Below the pieces are notes generated by a model. That model was not told the origin of the DNA. It searched no databases and was given only the letters and a program-made list of their open reading frames with translations. A program made the translations under genes and the position numbers. Positions 31,212 to 45,172 of a stretch of 64,000 bases of DNA are shown in pieces (positions within the stretch are counted from its first letter, which is position 1; each line of letters opens with the position of its first letter). Source of the DNA: Candidatus Omnitrophota bacterium (GTDB taxonomy: Bacteria; Omnitrophota; Gorgyraeia; Gygaellales; JAQTUX01); NCBI GenBank assembly GCA_028707125.1, contig JAQTUX010000001.1:141639-205638 (forward strand). The letters run 5' to 3'.

Positions 31212-32144
31212 ATGCCTTCAAAACTATCAGTTAATATAGGAAAGCTTAAATTAAAAAATCCGGTCATGGCGGCATCCGGCACATTCGGATATGCCAGGGA
31301 ATTCCAGGACCTGATCGACTTAAGCTGTATCGGAGCGATAGTTTCCAAGACAATAACTTTAAAGCCGCGCCCGGGTAATCCGCCGCCGCGCGTAGCAGAG
31401 ACGCCGTCGGGCATGCTTAATTCCATCGGCCTGCAGAACGAGGGGCTGGATAACTTCATAGAAGACAAATTGCCGTATTTAGCTGGGTTGAATACCCGCG
31501 TCATTGCCAGTATCGCGGCAGAGGGACCGGGTGAGATCGCGGCTATCAGCAGCCGGCTGGATAAGACAGCCATAGACGCGATTGAATTGAATCTTTCCTG
31601 CCCGAATATAAAAGGTGTCAAGGTGTCAAAGCGTCAAGGTGTCAAGTTGGTTGCCCAGGATGCTGCCGTAACACACAGGTTTGTGAAGGCCGCGCGCGGG
31701 TCTACCGGCAAGACCTTGATCGCCAAGTTGAGCCCCAACGTTACCGACATTAAAGAGATCGCCCGGGCAGCTCAAAGCGCCGGAGCTGATGCCGTGAGTT
31801 TGGTAAATACCTTTTATGGGATGAGCATTGATATAGATACGCGAATGTCCAGGTTAGGCAATGTTATCGGCGGCTTAAGCGGCCCGGCGATAAAGCCCAT
31901 TGCCTTAAAGATGGTCTATGATGTATATAAAGCGGTGGATATCCCCGTGATCGGCATGGGCGGAATTATGAATGCCGAGGACGCCCTGGAGTTTATCATC
32001 GCCGGCGCCAGCGCTGTCTGCGTGGGCACCGTCAATTTTGTTGATCCCAATACCGCATGCGAAATCGTCCGCGGGTTGGAGGATTATACGCGAAAACATA
32101 AATTAAGCGGCATTAAGAAATTGATCGGAGGCCTCAGGGTATAG
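31212..32144 (+). CDS. pyrD: dihydroorotate dehydrogenase catalytic subunit (class 1B)
   Basis: LNLSCPN active-site region, KLSPNV, FMN-binding motifs. Confidence 0.9.
   Translation: MPSKLSVNIGKLKLKNPVMAASGTFGYAREFQDLIDLSCIGAIVSKTITLKPRPGNPPPRVAETPSGMLNSIGLQNEGLDNFIEDKLPYLAGLNTRVIASIAAEGPGEIAAISSRLDKTAIDAIELNLSCPNIKGVKVSKRQGVKLVAQDAAVTHRFVKAARGSTGKTLIAKLSPNVTDIKEIARAAQSAGADAVSLVNTFYGMSIDIDTRMSRLGNVIGGLSGPAIKPIALKMVYDVYKAVDIPVIGMGGIMNAEDALEFIIAGASAVCVGTVNFVDPNTACEIVRGLEDYTRKHKLSGIKKLIGGLRV
31614..31645 (+). repeat. tandem 8-nt repeat (GGTGTCAA)x4, third unit AGCGTCAA, inside pyrD coding sequence
   Basis: ggtgtcaaggtgtcaaagcgtcaaggtgtcaa read directly; coincides with a ~7-8 aa insertion (KGVKVSKRQGVKL) relative to typical PyrD. 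Confidence 0.75.
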
Positions 32145-32146
32145 AT

Positions 32147-32833
32147 ATGGCTGGAAAGAATAAGCCAAAACTGGTGGTGGCTTTGGACGTGGATACTCTT
32201 GCCGCCGCCAAAAAGATAGCCAACGCGCTTTATCCGCGGGTAAGATGGTTTAAAGTAGGCAGTCAGTTATTCACCGCCTGCGGCCCGGAGATTATCAGGT
32301 TTCTGAAGGCGAAAGGCGCGAAGGTATTCCTTGACCTGAAATTTCACGACATCCCCAATACGGCAGCGAACGCGGCCAGGCAGGCGGCGCGGCTCAGGGC
32401 GGATATGTTCAACGCGCATATTTCAGGCGGAGAAGAGATGCTTAAGGCGGCGGTTGAGGCGGCGCGCCAGGAGGCAAAGGCGCGGAGGAGCGCCGCGCCG
32501 ATTATTCTGGGGGTTACGGTCCTCACAAGCCAAAAAACCACTCTCAACAGCGTGTTGGCCCTGAGCGGCCTGGCAAAAAGATCGGGATTAGACGGGGTCG
32601 TCGCCTCGGTCAATGAGGCAGGCGCGATCAAAAGGCGGCTGGGAAGGGATTTTGTGGTGCTTTGCCCGGGCATACGGCTTGAAGGCGCGCCTTCCGACGA
32701 CCAGAAGCGCCGCGCCACTCCCGAAGAGGCGAAAAAACAGGGCGCCGATTTCATTGTTGTGGGCAGGCCGGTGATAAAGGCCAAAGACCCGCGGAAAGAA
32801 GCGGGGTTGATCATTGATGCCTTGAATAAATGA
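32147..32833 (+). CDS. pyrF: orotidine-5'-phosphate decarboxylase
   Basis: DLKFHDIPNT active-site motif. Confidence 0.9.
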   Translation: MAGKNKPKLVVALDVDTLAAAKKIANALYPRVRWFKVGSQLFTACGPEIIRFLKAKGAKVFLDLKFHDIPNTAANAARQAARLRADMFNAHISGGEEMLKAAVEAARQEAKARRSAAPIILGVTVLTSQKTTLNSVLALSGLAKRSGLDGVVASVNEAGAIKRRLGRDFVVLCPGIRLEGAPSDDQKRRATPEEAKKQGADFIVVGRPVIKAKDPRKEAGLIIDALNK

Positions 32834-33093
32834 GCGAATTTGACCTGCTTATCAGTTCTCCGGTAAAAAAACTCTTTGAGGGAAGGGCGGGTTCGGTCAC
32901 CCTTCCCGGGAAGAGCGGCCGGTTCACCATACTCGCCCGGCACGCCCCGCTACTTGCCTTGCTGAAGAGCGGCCAGATCAAAGTGGAGGCGGCAGGCGGC
33001 GGGCAGTCATTCGCCATAGAGCGGGGGTTTGTGGAGGCGCACGATAACAAGGTATCGGTGTTCGTGCGCACAAGGCCGGCGGCGCTTGAATAA
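32830..33093 (+). CDS. atpC: F-type ATP synthase epsilon subunit, short form (beta-sandwich domain only)
   Basis: 87 aa; N-terminal epsilon beta-sandwich similarity (LLISSPVKKLFEG ... ARHAPLLALLKSGQIKVE); no C-terminal helical hairpin before stop. Confidence 0.75.
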   Translation: MSEFDLLISSPVKKLFEGRAGSVTLPGKSGRFTILARHAPLLALLKSGQIKVEAAGGGQSFAIERGFVEAHDNKVSVFVRTRPAALE

Positions 33094-33111
33094 GCGCGAT
33101 ACGCCGAATGA

Positions 33112-33354
33112 TTGACAGCCGGCGGCTTATTGCATATAATGATCTGGCAGGGGGTGGCCTTGAGGGGCCTGGCGCTGTTAACGGAGCTGGGGCTGGTGAT
33201 CTTTTTCTCTATCGGTATCGGCATATGGATCGGCAGCCGCATTGACAGATTTTTTAACACGCGCGGCATATTTACCGTAGTGTTCCTGTTCTTCGGGCTG
33301 ATCGCGGCATTCCTTAGCGCCTGGCGCCTGATCCAGAAGGATAAAATGGTTTAA
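33112..33354 (+). CDS. AtpZ/AtpR-like small membrane protein of ATP synthase operon
   Basis: 80 aa, two TM helices, position between atpC and atpI-like gene. Confidence 0.45.
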   Translation: MTAGGLLHIMIWQGVALRGLALLTELGLVIFFSIGIGIWIGSRIDRFFNTRGIFTVVFLFFGLIAAFLSAWRLIQKDKMV

Positions 33355-33356
33355 CA

Positions 33357-33718
33357 ATGCGTGAAGACCTGAATGAGCTGAAGGCAAGGATCTCAAAAAA
33401 GGCGTTTTTTACGGCTGCCCTGTTTGCCGTGATCGCGCTATTGCTGAAGAGGTATTATCTGGGCGCGGGCCTTATGCTGGGTTCGCTGGTAAGCATATTC
33501 AATTTTAATATGCTGGCGAAAAAGGCCGAGAAGATCGCGCAGAATAAAATAATGCCCGTTTATTTTGTTTTCGGATACACCGGCAGATACCTGCTTATGG
33601 CCCTTGCGCTTTTTGCCGCGGCAAAAAGCGATCTTGCCGCCTTTATAGGCGCGGCAATAGGCCTGTTCAGCGTCCGGTTTGCCGTATATTGTGAGTCATT
33701 TTCTAAGAAAGGTATTCA

Positions 33719-33731
<13 letters not shown>
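33357..33731 (+). CDS. AtpI-like ATP synthase operon membrane protein
   Basis: 124 aa, 3-4 TM helices immediately upstream of atpB. Confidence 0.45.
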
Positions 33732-35182
<1,451 letters not shown>

Positions 35183-35186
35183 TTTT

Positions 35187-35723
35187 ATGGACGGATGGGA
35201 GATACTGCACGAACGTTACGCCAAGGCGCTGTTCCTGGCTTCGGAGCACGCCAAATGCAGCGAAGATGTGCTTGAGGAGCTGGAATGGCTGGTTGCTTTG
35301 CTGAAAAACGAACAGTTGCAGCTTCACAGCGTATTTTCCTCGCTGATCATAGGCCGCCGGGAAAAGGAGGATGTCCTTGAGTCCATATGCGCGAAGGCGC
35401 GTTTTCCCGAGGTTATGAAGAGCTTTCTTTGCGTGCTCGCGCGGGGAAACCGGCTGAACATGATCCACGGCATATTTTTGAGATACAGGGATATGTTTGA
35501 CCAGTCGCGCAGGCGCCTTAAGGTATTCGTGACAGCGGCAGAGGAATTGAAGCCCTCTCAGAAGGAAAAACTGGCGCAGGCATTAAGCAGGCGCCTTAAA
35601 AAAGAAGTTGATGTGGCGGTCAAGGTGGAGCCGGCATTATTAGGCGGGCTTAAGATCCAGGTGGGGGATGAATTGATGGATTTTTCCGTAAAGAATAGTC
35701 TTGAAGCGATAATGGCAGGTTGA
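35187..35723 (+). CDS. atpH: F1 ATP synthase delta subunit (OSCP)
   Basis: 178 aa, operon position between b and alpha. Confidence 0.8.
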   Translation: MDGWEILHERYAKALFLASEHAKCSEDVLEELEWLVALLKNEQLQLHSVFSSLIIGRREKEDVLESICAKARFPEVMKSFLCVLARGNRLNMIHGIFLRYRDMFDQSRRRLKVFVTAAEELKPSQKEKLAQALSRRLKKEVDVAVKVEPALLGGLKIQVGDELMDFSVKNSLEAIMAG

Positions 35724-35724
35724 T

Positions 35725-37230
<1,506 letters not shown>

Positions 37231-37235
37231 ATCGC

Positions 37236-40235
<3,000 letters not shown>

Positions 40236-40244
40236 ATAGATCCG

Positions 40245-40321
40245 GGCGCTTAGCTCAGCTGGTTAGAGCGGTTGACTTACATTCAACAGGTCAGGGGTTC
40301 AAGTCCTCTAGCGCCCACCAC
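40245..40321 (+). tRNA. tRNA-Val (anticodon TAC), CCA encoded
   Basis: Hand-folded cloverleaf: acceptor gggcgct/agcgccc, anticodon loop cuUACau, T-loop ttcaagt, 3' ACCA. Confidence 0.85.
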
Positions 40322-40524
40322 TCAAAATTTCTCTTGTTTAAATGTTGGAAATTTTGAGTGTTGTCCCGAGCAACTATTGATAGTAGTCATGTTGCGAGGG
40401 ACCAAAATCAGGTTGTCATTTGTTGCTTGTATGATATAATAACTTCTCTGAATTTTTGTCCCTCGTCGCATCATATAGGAGACAGCGGCGACTCGGGATC
40501 AAATTTTTACTTCGTAAAAATTTG

Positions 40525-40600
40525 GGGGGCGTAGCGTAGCCTGGCTTAACGCGTCAGATTGTCGATCTGAAGATCGCGGGTTCAAATCCCGTCGCCCCCG
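40525..40600 (+). tRNA. tRNA-Asp (anticodon GTC), CCA not encoded
   Basis: Hand-folded: acceptor gggggcg/cgccccc, D-stem gcgt/acgc, anticodon loop uuGUCga, T-arm gcggg-ttcaaat-cccgt, discriminator G. Confidence 0.8.
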
Positions 40601-40629
40601 TTCAAACTTCCATTAATGGAAGTTTGAAC
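40601..40629 (+). terminator. perfect 13-bp hairpin (ttcaaacttccat taa atggaagtttgaa) immediately after tRNA-Asp
   Basis: Inverted repeat read directly; first of four tandem hairpins. Confidence 0.6.
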
Positions 40630-40692
40630 GGGTCCTAAAATAATGTATTTTAGGACCTCCGCACCAAAATACAGTATTTTGGTGCCTTATCC

Positions 40693-40716
40693 GCCGCATC
40701 CCCCTGCGGCTTTTTT
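40693..40716 (+). terminator. repeat element R1: hairpin GCCGCA-uccccc-UGCGGC followed by U6 (intrinsic terminator-like)
   Basis: 28-nt block ccgcatccccctgcggcttttttgttgc identical to copy at 41533; related copy at 42149. Confidence 0.6.
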
Positions 40717-40911
40717 GTTGCGATGCCCTTCTTACGAAGGGAGGGGGCCTGCCGTCGTTTTGTATCCCGCCGTGCTCCCCGCCAGATGTCTTGGCGGGTC
40801 CGCGCGGCGGGAGCCCTCAAAACGACGTCACCCCTCCCGATTAGCCCCAAATAACCATTGACGCCTCTCTAATCGGCGGGTGTATAATAAGGCCAAAACC
40901 AGGAGGTCTTT

Positions 40912-41499
40912 ATGAAGATATTAAGCGTGTCTGTATTGATGATAATGTTGACTGCAGTTGTTGGCCCGGTTTACGCCCAGGAGGAGTCGATCGAACTTGA
41001 GATCATTAACCCGGAATATATGAAGTCTCCGGATGAAAGCGATAATGTAGAGATCGGTGAAGAGGCCACCATAGAGGATATTCTGAAAAAAGTCAACTAC
41101 TACTATGCTAACCGTGATTTTGACAAGGCGATTGAATTGGCCGAAGCAGCGGTTAAGGCAACAGATGATCCGGACATTATTGCCATGCTTAGCTTCAGCC
41201 TGAGCTCCAACTATTTAGAGAAGGGGATCGAGCCCTATAAGCAGAATAAGGATGATACCTTCTATAAGTTATCGATTGAGTATGCCAAAAAGGTTTTAGA
41301 GCAGATGTCGTACAATTGGCAGGCGCTGGGTAATATCGGATCGGCCTACTTGAATATGGGTGATTATGCGCAGGCTGCATCCTACTTTGCCCAGGCAGAG
41401 AAGTATCTCGATGAAACTGACCCTAATTATGCATCCATACAGTATCACCGCAAGGTGGCGGAAGAGATGCAGAAGAGTTCAACCGTTCCACTCCCGTAA
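40912..41499 (+). CDS. secreted acidic TPR-like/helical-repeat protein (signal peptide)
   Basis: N-terminal signal peptide MKILSVSVLMIMLTAVVGPVYAQEE; helical repeat-like C-terminal half; SD aggagg 9 nt upstream; extended -10 promoter gtgtataat upstream. Confidence 0.55.
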   Translation: MKILSVSVLMIMLTAVVGPVYAQEESIELEIINPEYMKSPDESDNVEIGEEATIEDILKKVNYYYANRDFDKAIELAEAAVKATDDPDIIAMLSFSLSSNYLEKGIEPYKQNKDDTFYKLSIEYAKKVLEQMSYNWQALGNIGSAYLNMGDYAQAASYFAQAEKYLDETDPNYASIQYHRKVAEEMQKSSTVPLP

Positions 41500-41532
41500 A
41501 CCGCTCCACCTCTGAGACGGAGTATGGTTTTG

Positions 41533-41556
41533 GCCGCATCCCCCTGCGGCTTTTTT
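41533..41556 (+). terminator. repeat element R2 (same hairpin plus U-tract as R1), terminator for the TPR gene; its 3' flank overlaps the stop of the convergent ORF6N gene
   Basis: gccgcatccccctgcggcttttttgttgc read directly. Confidence 0.6.
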
Positions 41557-41572
41557 GTTGCACAGCCCTTCT

Positions 41573-42076
41573 TCACGTATGAAACCCGATCCGCCTTTTC
41601 TCTTTTTCCGCCGGCTGCTCTAACAGTTGTTTGATTGCCTGGAACACTACGGCAAACTGCTTATCGTATTTTCTCTCCATCTCTTCAATTTTGCGTCTTA
41701 AATCTCTATGGGTCAAAAGTAAGCGCCTAAATTGTGCAAAAGCGCGCATGATCTGTATATTTGTCAGAATTGCGCGTTCGCTATTGAGTACGCTTGAGAG
41801 CATTGCAACCCCTTCTTGAGTAAAGACATAAGGGAGGTATCTTCTGCCGCCTCGCTTTGAGGTCGCAAAATGCGACCTCAAAAAGTCCGTCTCTTCTTCC
41901 GTAAGTTGGAACATAAAATCTTCAGGGAATCGCTTTATATTTCTGTATACCTGTTCATTTAACCTTTTTGTCTTTACGCCATAAAGTACCGCCAAATCGC
42001 TATCCAACATGACTCTTTTGCCTCTAATTATCAGAATCTTAGTAGCTATTACTTCTGTAGTAATCAAATCAGCCAT
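41573..42076 (-). CDS. ORF6N-domain (KilA-N/phage antirepressor-like) DNA-binding protein; low-GC, probably horizontally acquired
   Basis: Sequence pattern typical of standalone ORF6N proteins (GKRVMLDSDLAVLYGVKTKRLNEQVYRNIKRFPEDFMFQLT); GGAGGT SD upstream; gene visibly AT-richer than surroundings. Confidence 0.65.
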   Translation of the reverse strand: MADLITTEVIATKILIIRGKRVMLDSDLAVLYGVKTKRLNEQVYRNIKRFPEDFMFQLTEEETDFLRSHFATSKRGGRRYLPYVFTQEGVAMLSSVLNSERAILTNIQIMRAFAQFRRLLLTHRDLRRKIEEMERKYDKQFAVVFQAIKQLLEQPAEKEKRRIGFHT

Positions 42077-42148
42077 TTTACACCTCCCCCCTCTACTATA
42101 TAGACGTAAAAAGCGGCGTTTTACTTGCGAAAAAGTTTAAGTTTTTAG

Positions 42149-42172
42149 GGCCGCGTCCCCCGCGGCTTTTTT
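42149..42172 (+). repeat. repeat element R3 (GCCGCG-uccccc-GCGGC plus U6), variant of R1/R2
   Basis: ggccgcgtcccccgcggctttttt read directly. Confidence 0.5.
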
Positions 42173-42262
42173 GTTTATGGTATCACATTTTGTGACACCA
42201 GACAGGACCTGCTGCCCTGTATAATTTATACAAGATTGAGCATGCTGTCGAACTCAAAATAC

Positions 42263-42370
42263 TTGACAAACCCGGGATAATATGTTATCCTTTTAATGGA
42301 AATCAGGTAAAGGCACAGTGTTTGTGCCGGGAAAGGACAAAGGCGTTAAGCGACAGATACGCCTTTTTTT
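42263..42370 (+). ncRNA. candidate small RNA unit: TTGACA-17 nt-TATCCT promoter, ~75-nt transcribed region with two hairpins, ending in intrinsic terminator (GGCGU-uaagcgacagau-ACGCC plus U7)
   Basis: Promoter-like hexamers and terminator read directly in a 390-nt non-coding gap; no ORF >15 codons. Confidence 0.35.
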
Positions 42371-42475
42371 ATTGCCCTCTCCCATTCGGTGTCCGAAGAA
42401 TTAAAAGGGATGTTCCCTTTGCCTAGTTAGTAATGTTTAGCTGACAAACAGGACATTTCTTTTAGCAAAACAATG

Positions 42476-42514
42476 GCGTTTTATACCGGTTGATCCGGTA
42501 TAAAACGCTTTTTT
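42476..42514 (+). terminator. strong intrinsic terminator/attenuator hairpin (14-bp stem gcgttttataccgg / ccggtataaaacgc, loop uugau, U6) immediately upstream of the GAF-ANTAR gene start
   Basis: Perfect inverted repeat plus T-run read directly; the ORF-track TTG start at 42490 lies inside this hairpin, so ATG at 42535 is preferred. Confidence 0.6.
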
Positions 42515-42534
42515 ATTTGGGCCGGTACAATACC

Positions 42535-43242
42535 ATGCAAAATAAGTTTTTTGAAGAACAGATAAAAGCGCTGTTCAAGATAAGCAAGGCCATCACCTCA
42601 GAGCTGTACCTTGAGGATATACTGCGCCTTATAGTGACCGTGACCGCGGAGATACTGGGTTCGAATATCTGTTCCTTGATGTTAATCAATGAGAAGGGTG
42701 AACTTATGATCAGGGCTACGCAGAGCATGAGCGAGGAGTATAACCGCAAGCCCCCGCTTAAGATCGGCGAAGGCGTTGCCGGCAAGGCTGCTAAAGAGAA
42801 TAAGCCGATGGCAGTTAAGCATGTTGCCAGGGAGAAGGAGTACAAGCATAAAGATATTGCCAAAAGGGAAGGCCTGGTTTCGCTATTATGCGTTCCTTTA
42901 GCCGTGAAGAACAAAGTCATAGGGGTGATCAATTGCTATACCTCCGCCCCCCATGATTTTACGGAAACAGAAATTGAGATCCTGATGACCATTGCCAATC
43001 AGGCGGCGGTAGCCATTGAGAATACGGAGTTAATGGTCAAAAGCAAAGTTATCCAGGAAGAATTGGAGACGCGCAAAAGAATAGAGCGCGCTAAAGGCAT
43101 CTTGATGCGGGATGACGGGCTGACCGAAGAACAGGCGTATTTAAAGATCCGTAAATACAGCATGGATAACCGCAAGACCATGCGCGAGGTCGCGGAGGCG
43201 ATCATCCTCGCGGCTGATATGAAACACTTAACCAAGGGCTAA
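42535..43242 (+). CDS. GAF-domain plus ANTAR-domain RNA-binding antitermination regulator
   Basis: C-terminal ANTAR signature (RKRIERAKGILMRDDGLTEEQAYLKIRKYSMDNRKTMREVAEAIILA); N-terminal GAF-like region. Confidence 0.8.
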   Translation: MQNKFFEEQIKALFKISKAITSELYLEDILRLIVTVTAEILGSNICSLMLINEKGELMIRATQSMSEEYNRKPPLKIGEGVAGKAAKENKPMAVKHVAREKEYKHKDIAKREGLVSLLCVPLAVKNKVIGVINCYTSAPHDFTETEIEILMTIANQAAVAIENTELMVKSKVIQEELETRKRIERAKGILMRDDGLTEEQAYLKIRKYSMDNRKTMREVAEAIILAADMKHLTKG

Positions 43243-43332
43243 GCAGCCTTTTGCCTATCGAGCTAAGTCAGCTTGATCCATGTGGATTAAAGCGGGAGAA
43301 TGGGCAAAGTAAAAAAAGGAGGGGAGGTTAGT

Positions 43333-44973
43333 ATGAATTTAAGCAGGCCGAATGCCAATGACGCGGTAGGGACGTTTAACCGTTCTAAAAATGTGGTCCC
43401 CGGATCGGGGATATGCTCGCGTTGCCTGGACGGCTGTAAAGGCAACTGTGATATCTTTAAAGCCGCTTTCCGCGGCCGGGAAGTGATCTATCCGGGGCCT
43501 TTCGGCGAGATCACCGCCGGAGCGGATAAGGATTATCCCGTAGATTATTCTCATCTAAATATTCAGGGTTATGCTTTGGGCGCCAGGGGTTTGTCAGGAG
43601 ACGTCGAAGGCAATCCCGATAATACCAAATTTCCCGATGTTAATACCGAGGCCGAATACGGCTGGGATATCAAGGTCAAGATGAGGGCCCCGATTTTTAC
43701 CGGTGCTTTGGGCTCCACCGAGATCGCCCGCAAGAACTGGGAACATTTCGCGGTAGGGGCCGCTATTTCGGGTGTCACTCTGGTTTGCGGAGAGAATGTA
43801 TGCGGTATTGACCCGAAATTGGAATTAGACGGCAAAGGCAAGATCAAGAATTCTCCCGAGATGGACAGGCGCATTGAGACCTACAAGCGTTTTCATGACG
43901 GCTACGGCGAGATCCTGGTGCAGATGAACGTCGAGGATACGCGTCTGGGCGTGGCAGAGTACGTGCGCAAGAAGCATAACCTGCAGACCATTGAATTAAA
44001 ATGGGGCCAGGGCGCGAAATGTATCGGCGGAGAAATAAAGGTGAAGAGCCTGGAGAGGGCGCTGGAATTGCAGAGGCGCGGCTATATTGTTACCCCTGAC
44101 CCGTCTCTGGAGGCCAACCAGAAGGCGTTCAAGGACGGCGCTATCAAGGAATTTGAACGCCATTCCCGTCTGGGTTTTGTTTCCGAAGAGTCCTTTCTGG
44201 CTGAGATCAAACGCTTAAGGGACCTGGGTTTTAAGCGCATTACGCTGAAGACCGGCGCTTATTCCATGCGGGAATTAGCCATGGCGCTTAAATATTCCTC
44301 ATTAGCCAGGATCGATCTGCTTACTATTGACGGAGCTCCGGGCGGCACAGGCATGAGCCCCTGGAGGATGATGCAGGAGTGGGGTATCCCTACTTTTTAT
44401 CTTGAGGCGCTTACCTATGAATTTTGCCAGCAGTTAGCCAGGAAAGGGATGCGCATCCCGGATATCGCTATAGCAGGCGGGTTTTCAGCCGAAGACCATG
44501 TCTTTAAGGTGATCGCTATGGGCTCTCCTTATGTCAGGGCGGTTTGCATGGGCAGGGCGCTGATGATACCCGGCATGGTGGGAAAGAATATAGGCAACTG
44601 GCTTAAAGAAGGCAGCCTTCCTCCCACGGTGTCCGCTTACGGCACTACCGAAAAAGAGATCTTTGTCTGTTATGAGGAGCTGTTGGAGAAATACGGCAAA
44701 GATATGAAGGATATTCCTTTGGGCGCGCTGGGTATATATTCTTTTGCCCAGAAAATAAAAGTCGGCCTGCAGCAGTTAATGGCGGGAAGCAGGAATTTCA
44801 AGGTTGCCTCTATCTCCCGCAGAGACGTAATGTCTTTGACGGAAGAGGCGGCAAAGGTTTCAGGCATCCCTTATGTCATGGACGCTTACCGGCAGGAGGC
44901 AGAGGCGGTTTTGAACGGCAAGGCGGGGCAGGCTTCCAATCACCGCAGGCAAAAAGCCGCGGCGGGGAGGTAG
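43333..44973 (+). CDS. glutamate-synthase-FMN-domain-like flavoprotein (YerD-like) with N-terminal Cx2Cx3Cx3C cluster
   Basis: GltS FMN-domain-like core (LTIDGAPGGTGMSP ... IAIAGGF); N-terminal CSRCLDGCKGNC; SD aggagggga before ATG at 43333. Confidence 0.75.
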   Translation: MNLSRPNANDAVGTFNRSKNVVPGSGICSRCLDGCKGNCDIFKAAFRGREVIYPGPFGEITAGADKDYPVDYSHLNIQGYALGARGLSGDVEGNPDNTKFPDVNTEAEYGWDIKVKMRAPIFTGALGSTEIARKNWEHFAVGAAISGVTLVCGENVCGIDPKLELDGKGKIKNSPEMDRRIETYKRFHDGYGEILVQMNVEDTRLGVAEYVRKKHNLQTIELKWGQGAKCIGGEIKVKSLERALELQRRGYIVTPDPSLEANQKAFKDGAIKEFERHSRLGFVSEESFLAEIKRLRDLGFKRITLKTGAYSMRELAMALKYSSLARIDLLTIDGAPGGTGMSPWRMMQEWGIPTFYLEALTYEFCQQLARKGMRIPDIAIAGGFSAEDHVFKVIAMGSPYVRAVCMGRALMIPGMVGKNIGNWLKEGSLPPTVSAYGTTEKEIFVCYEELLEKYGKDMKDIPLGALGIYSFAQKIKVGLQQLMAGSRNFKVASISRRDVMSLTEEAAKVSGIPYVMDAYRQEAEAVLNGKAGQASNHRRQKAAAGR

Positions 44974-44976
44974 AAG

Positions 44977-45150
44977 ATGGAAAATAAAGGTTTATGCAGC
45001 ACTTGCAACGCAGATAAAACCTGTGTTTTTCCGCGCCGCTTTCCGGTTTTGCAATGCGAGGAATTCAATGATCATGTTAACCGTAAACGCAGCGCGAAGC
45101 CAAGGCCGGGAAACACCCGTTCCAGCCAGGATATAACCGAGGCAGAATAA
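44977..45150 (+). CDS. unannotated small Cys-rich protein (57 aa; C7, C10, C16, C27), translationally coupled to upstream flavoprotein
   Basis: ORF below the 60-aa track cutoff; GGAGG SD 6 nt upstream overlapping the upstream stop; followed by a terminator. Confidence 0.4.
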   Translation: MENKGLCSTCNADKTCVFPRRFPVLQCEEFNDHVNRKRSAKPRPGNTRSSQDITEAE

Positions 45151-45172
45151 TTATTATTTAACCAGATCAGCT

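Noticed and set aside
40643-40861. Overlapping 72-aa (+) and 66-aa (-) ORFs after tRNA-Asp
   Set aside because: Both fall in the GC-rich nested inverted-repeat element; mutually overlapping on opposite strands with Pro/Arg/Ala-rich products; more likely structured non-coding DNA or RNA.
42490-42534. ORF-track start (TTG) for the GAF-ANTAR gene at 42490
   Set aside because: Start would lie inside a 14-bp terminator hairpin and add 15 non-conserved residues; ATG at 42535 (MQNKFFEEQ) is preferred.
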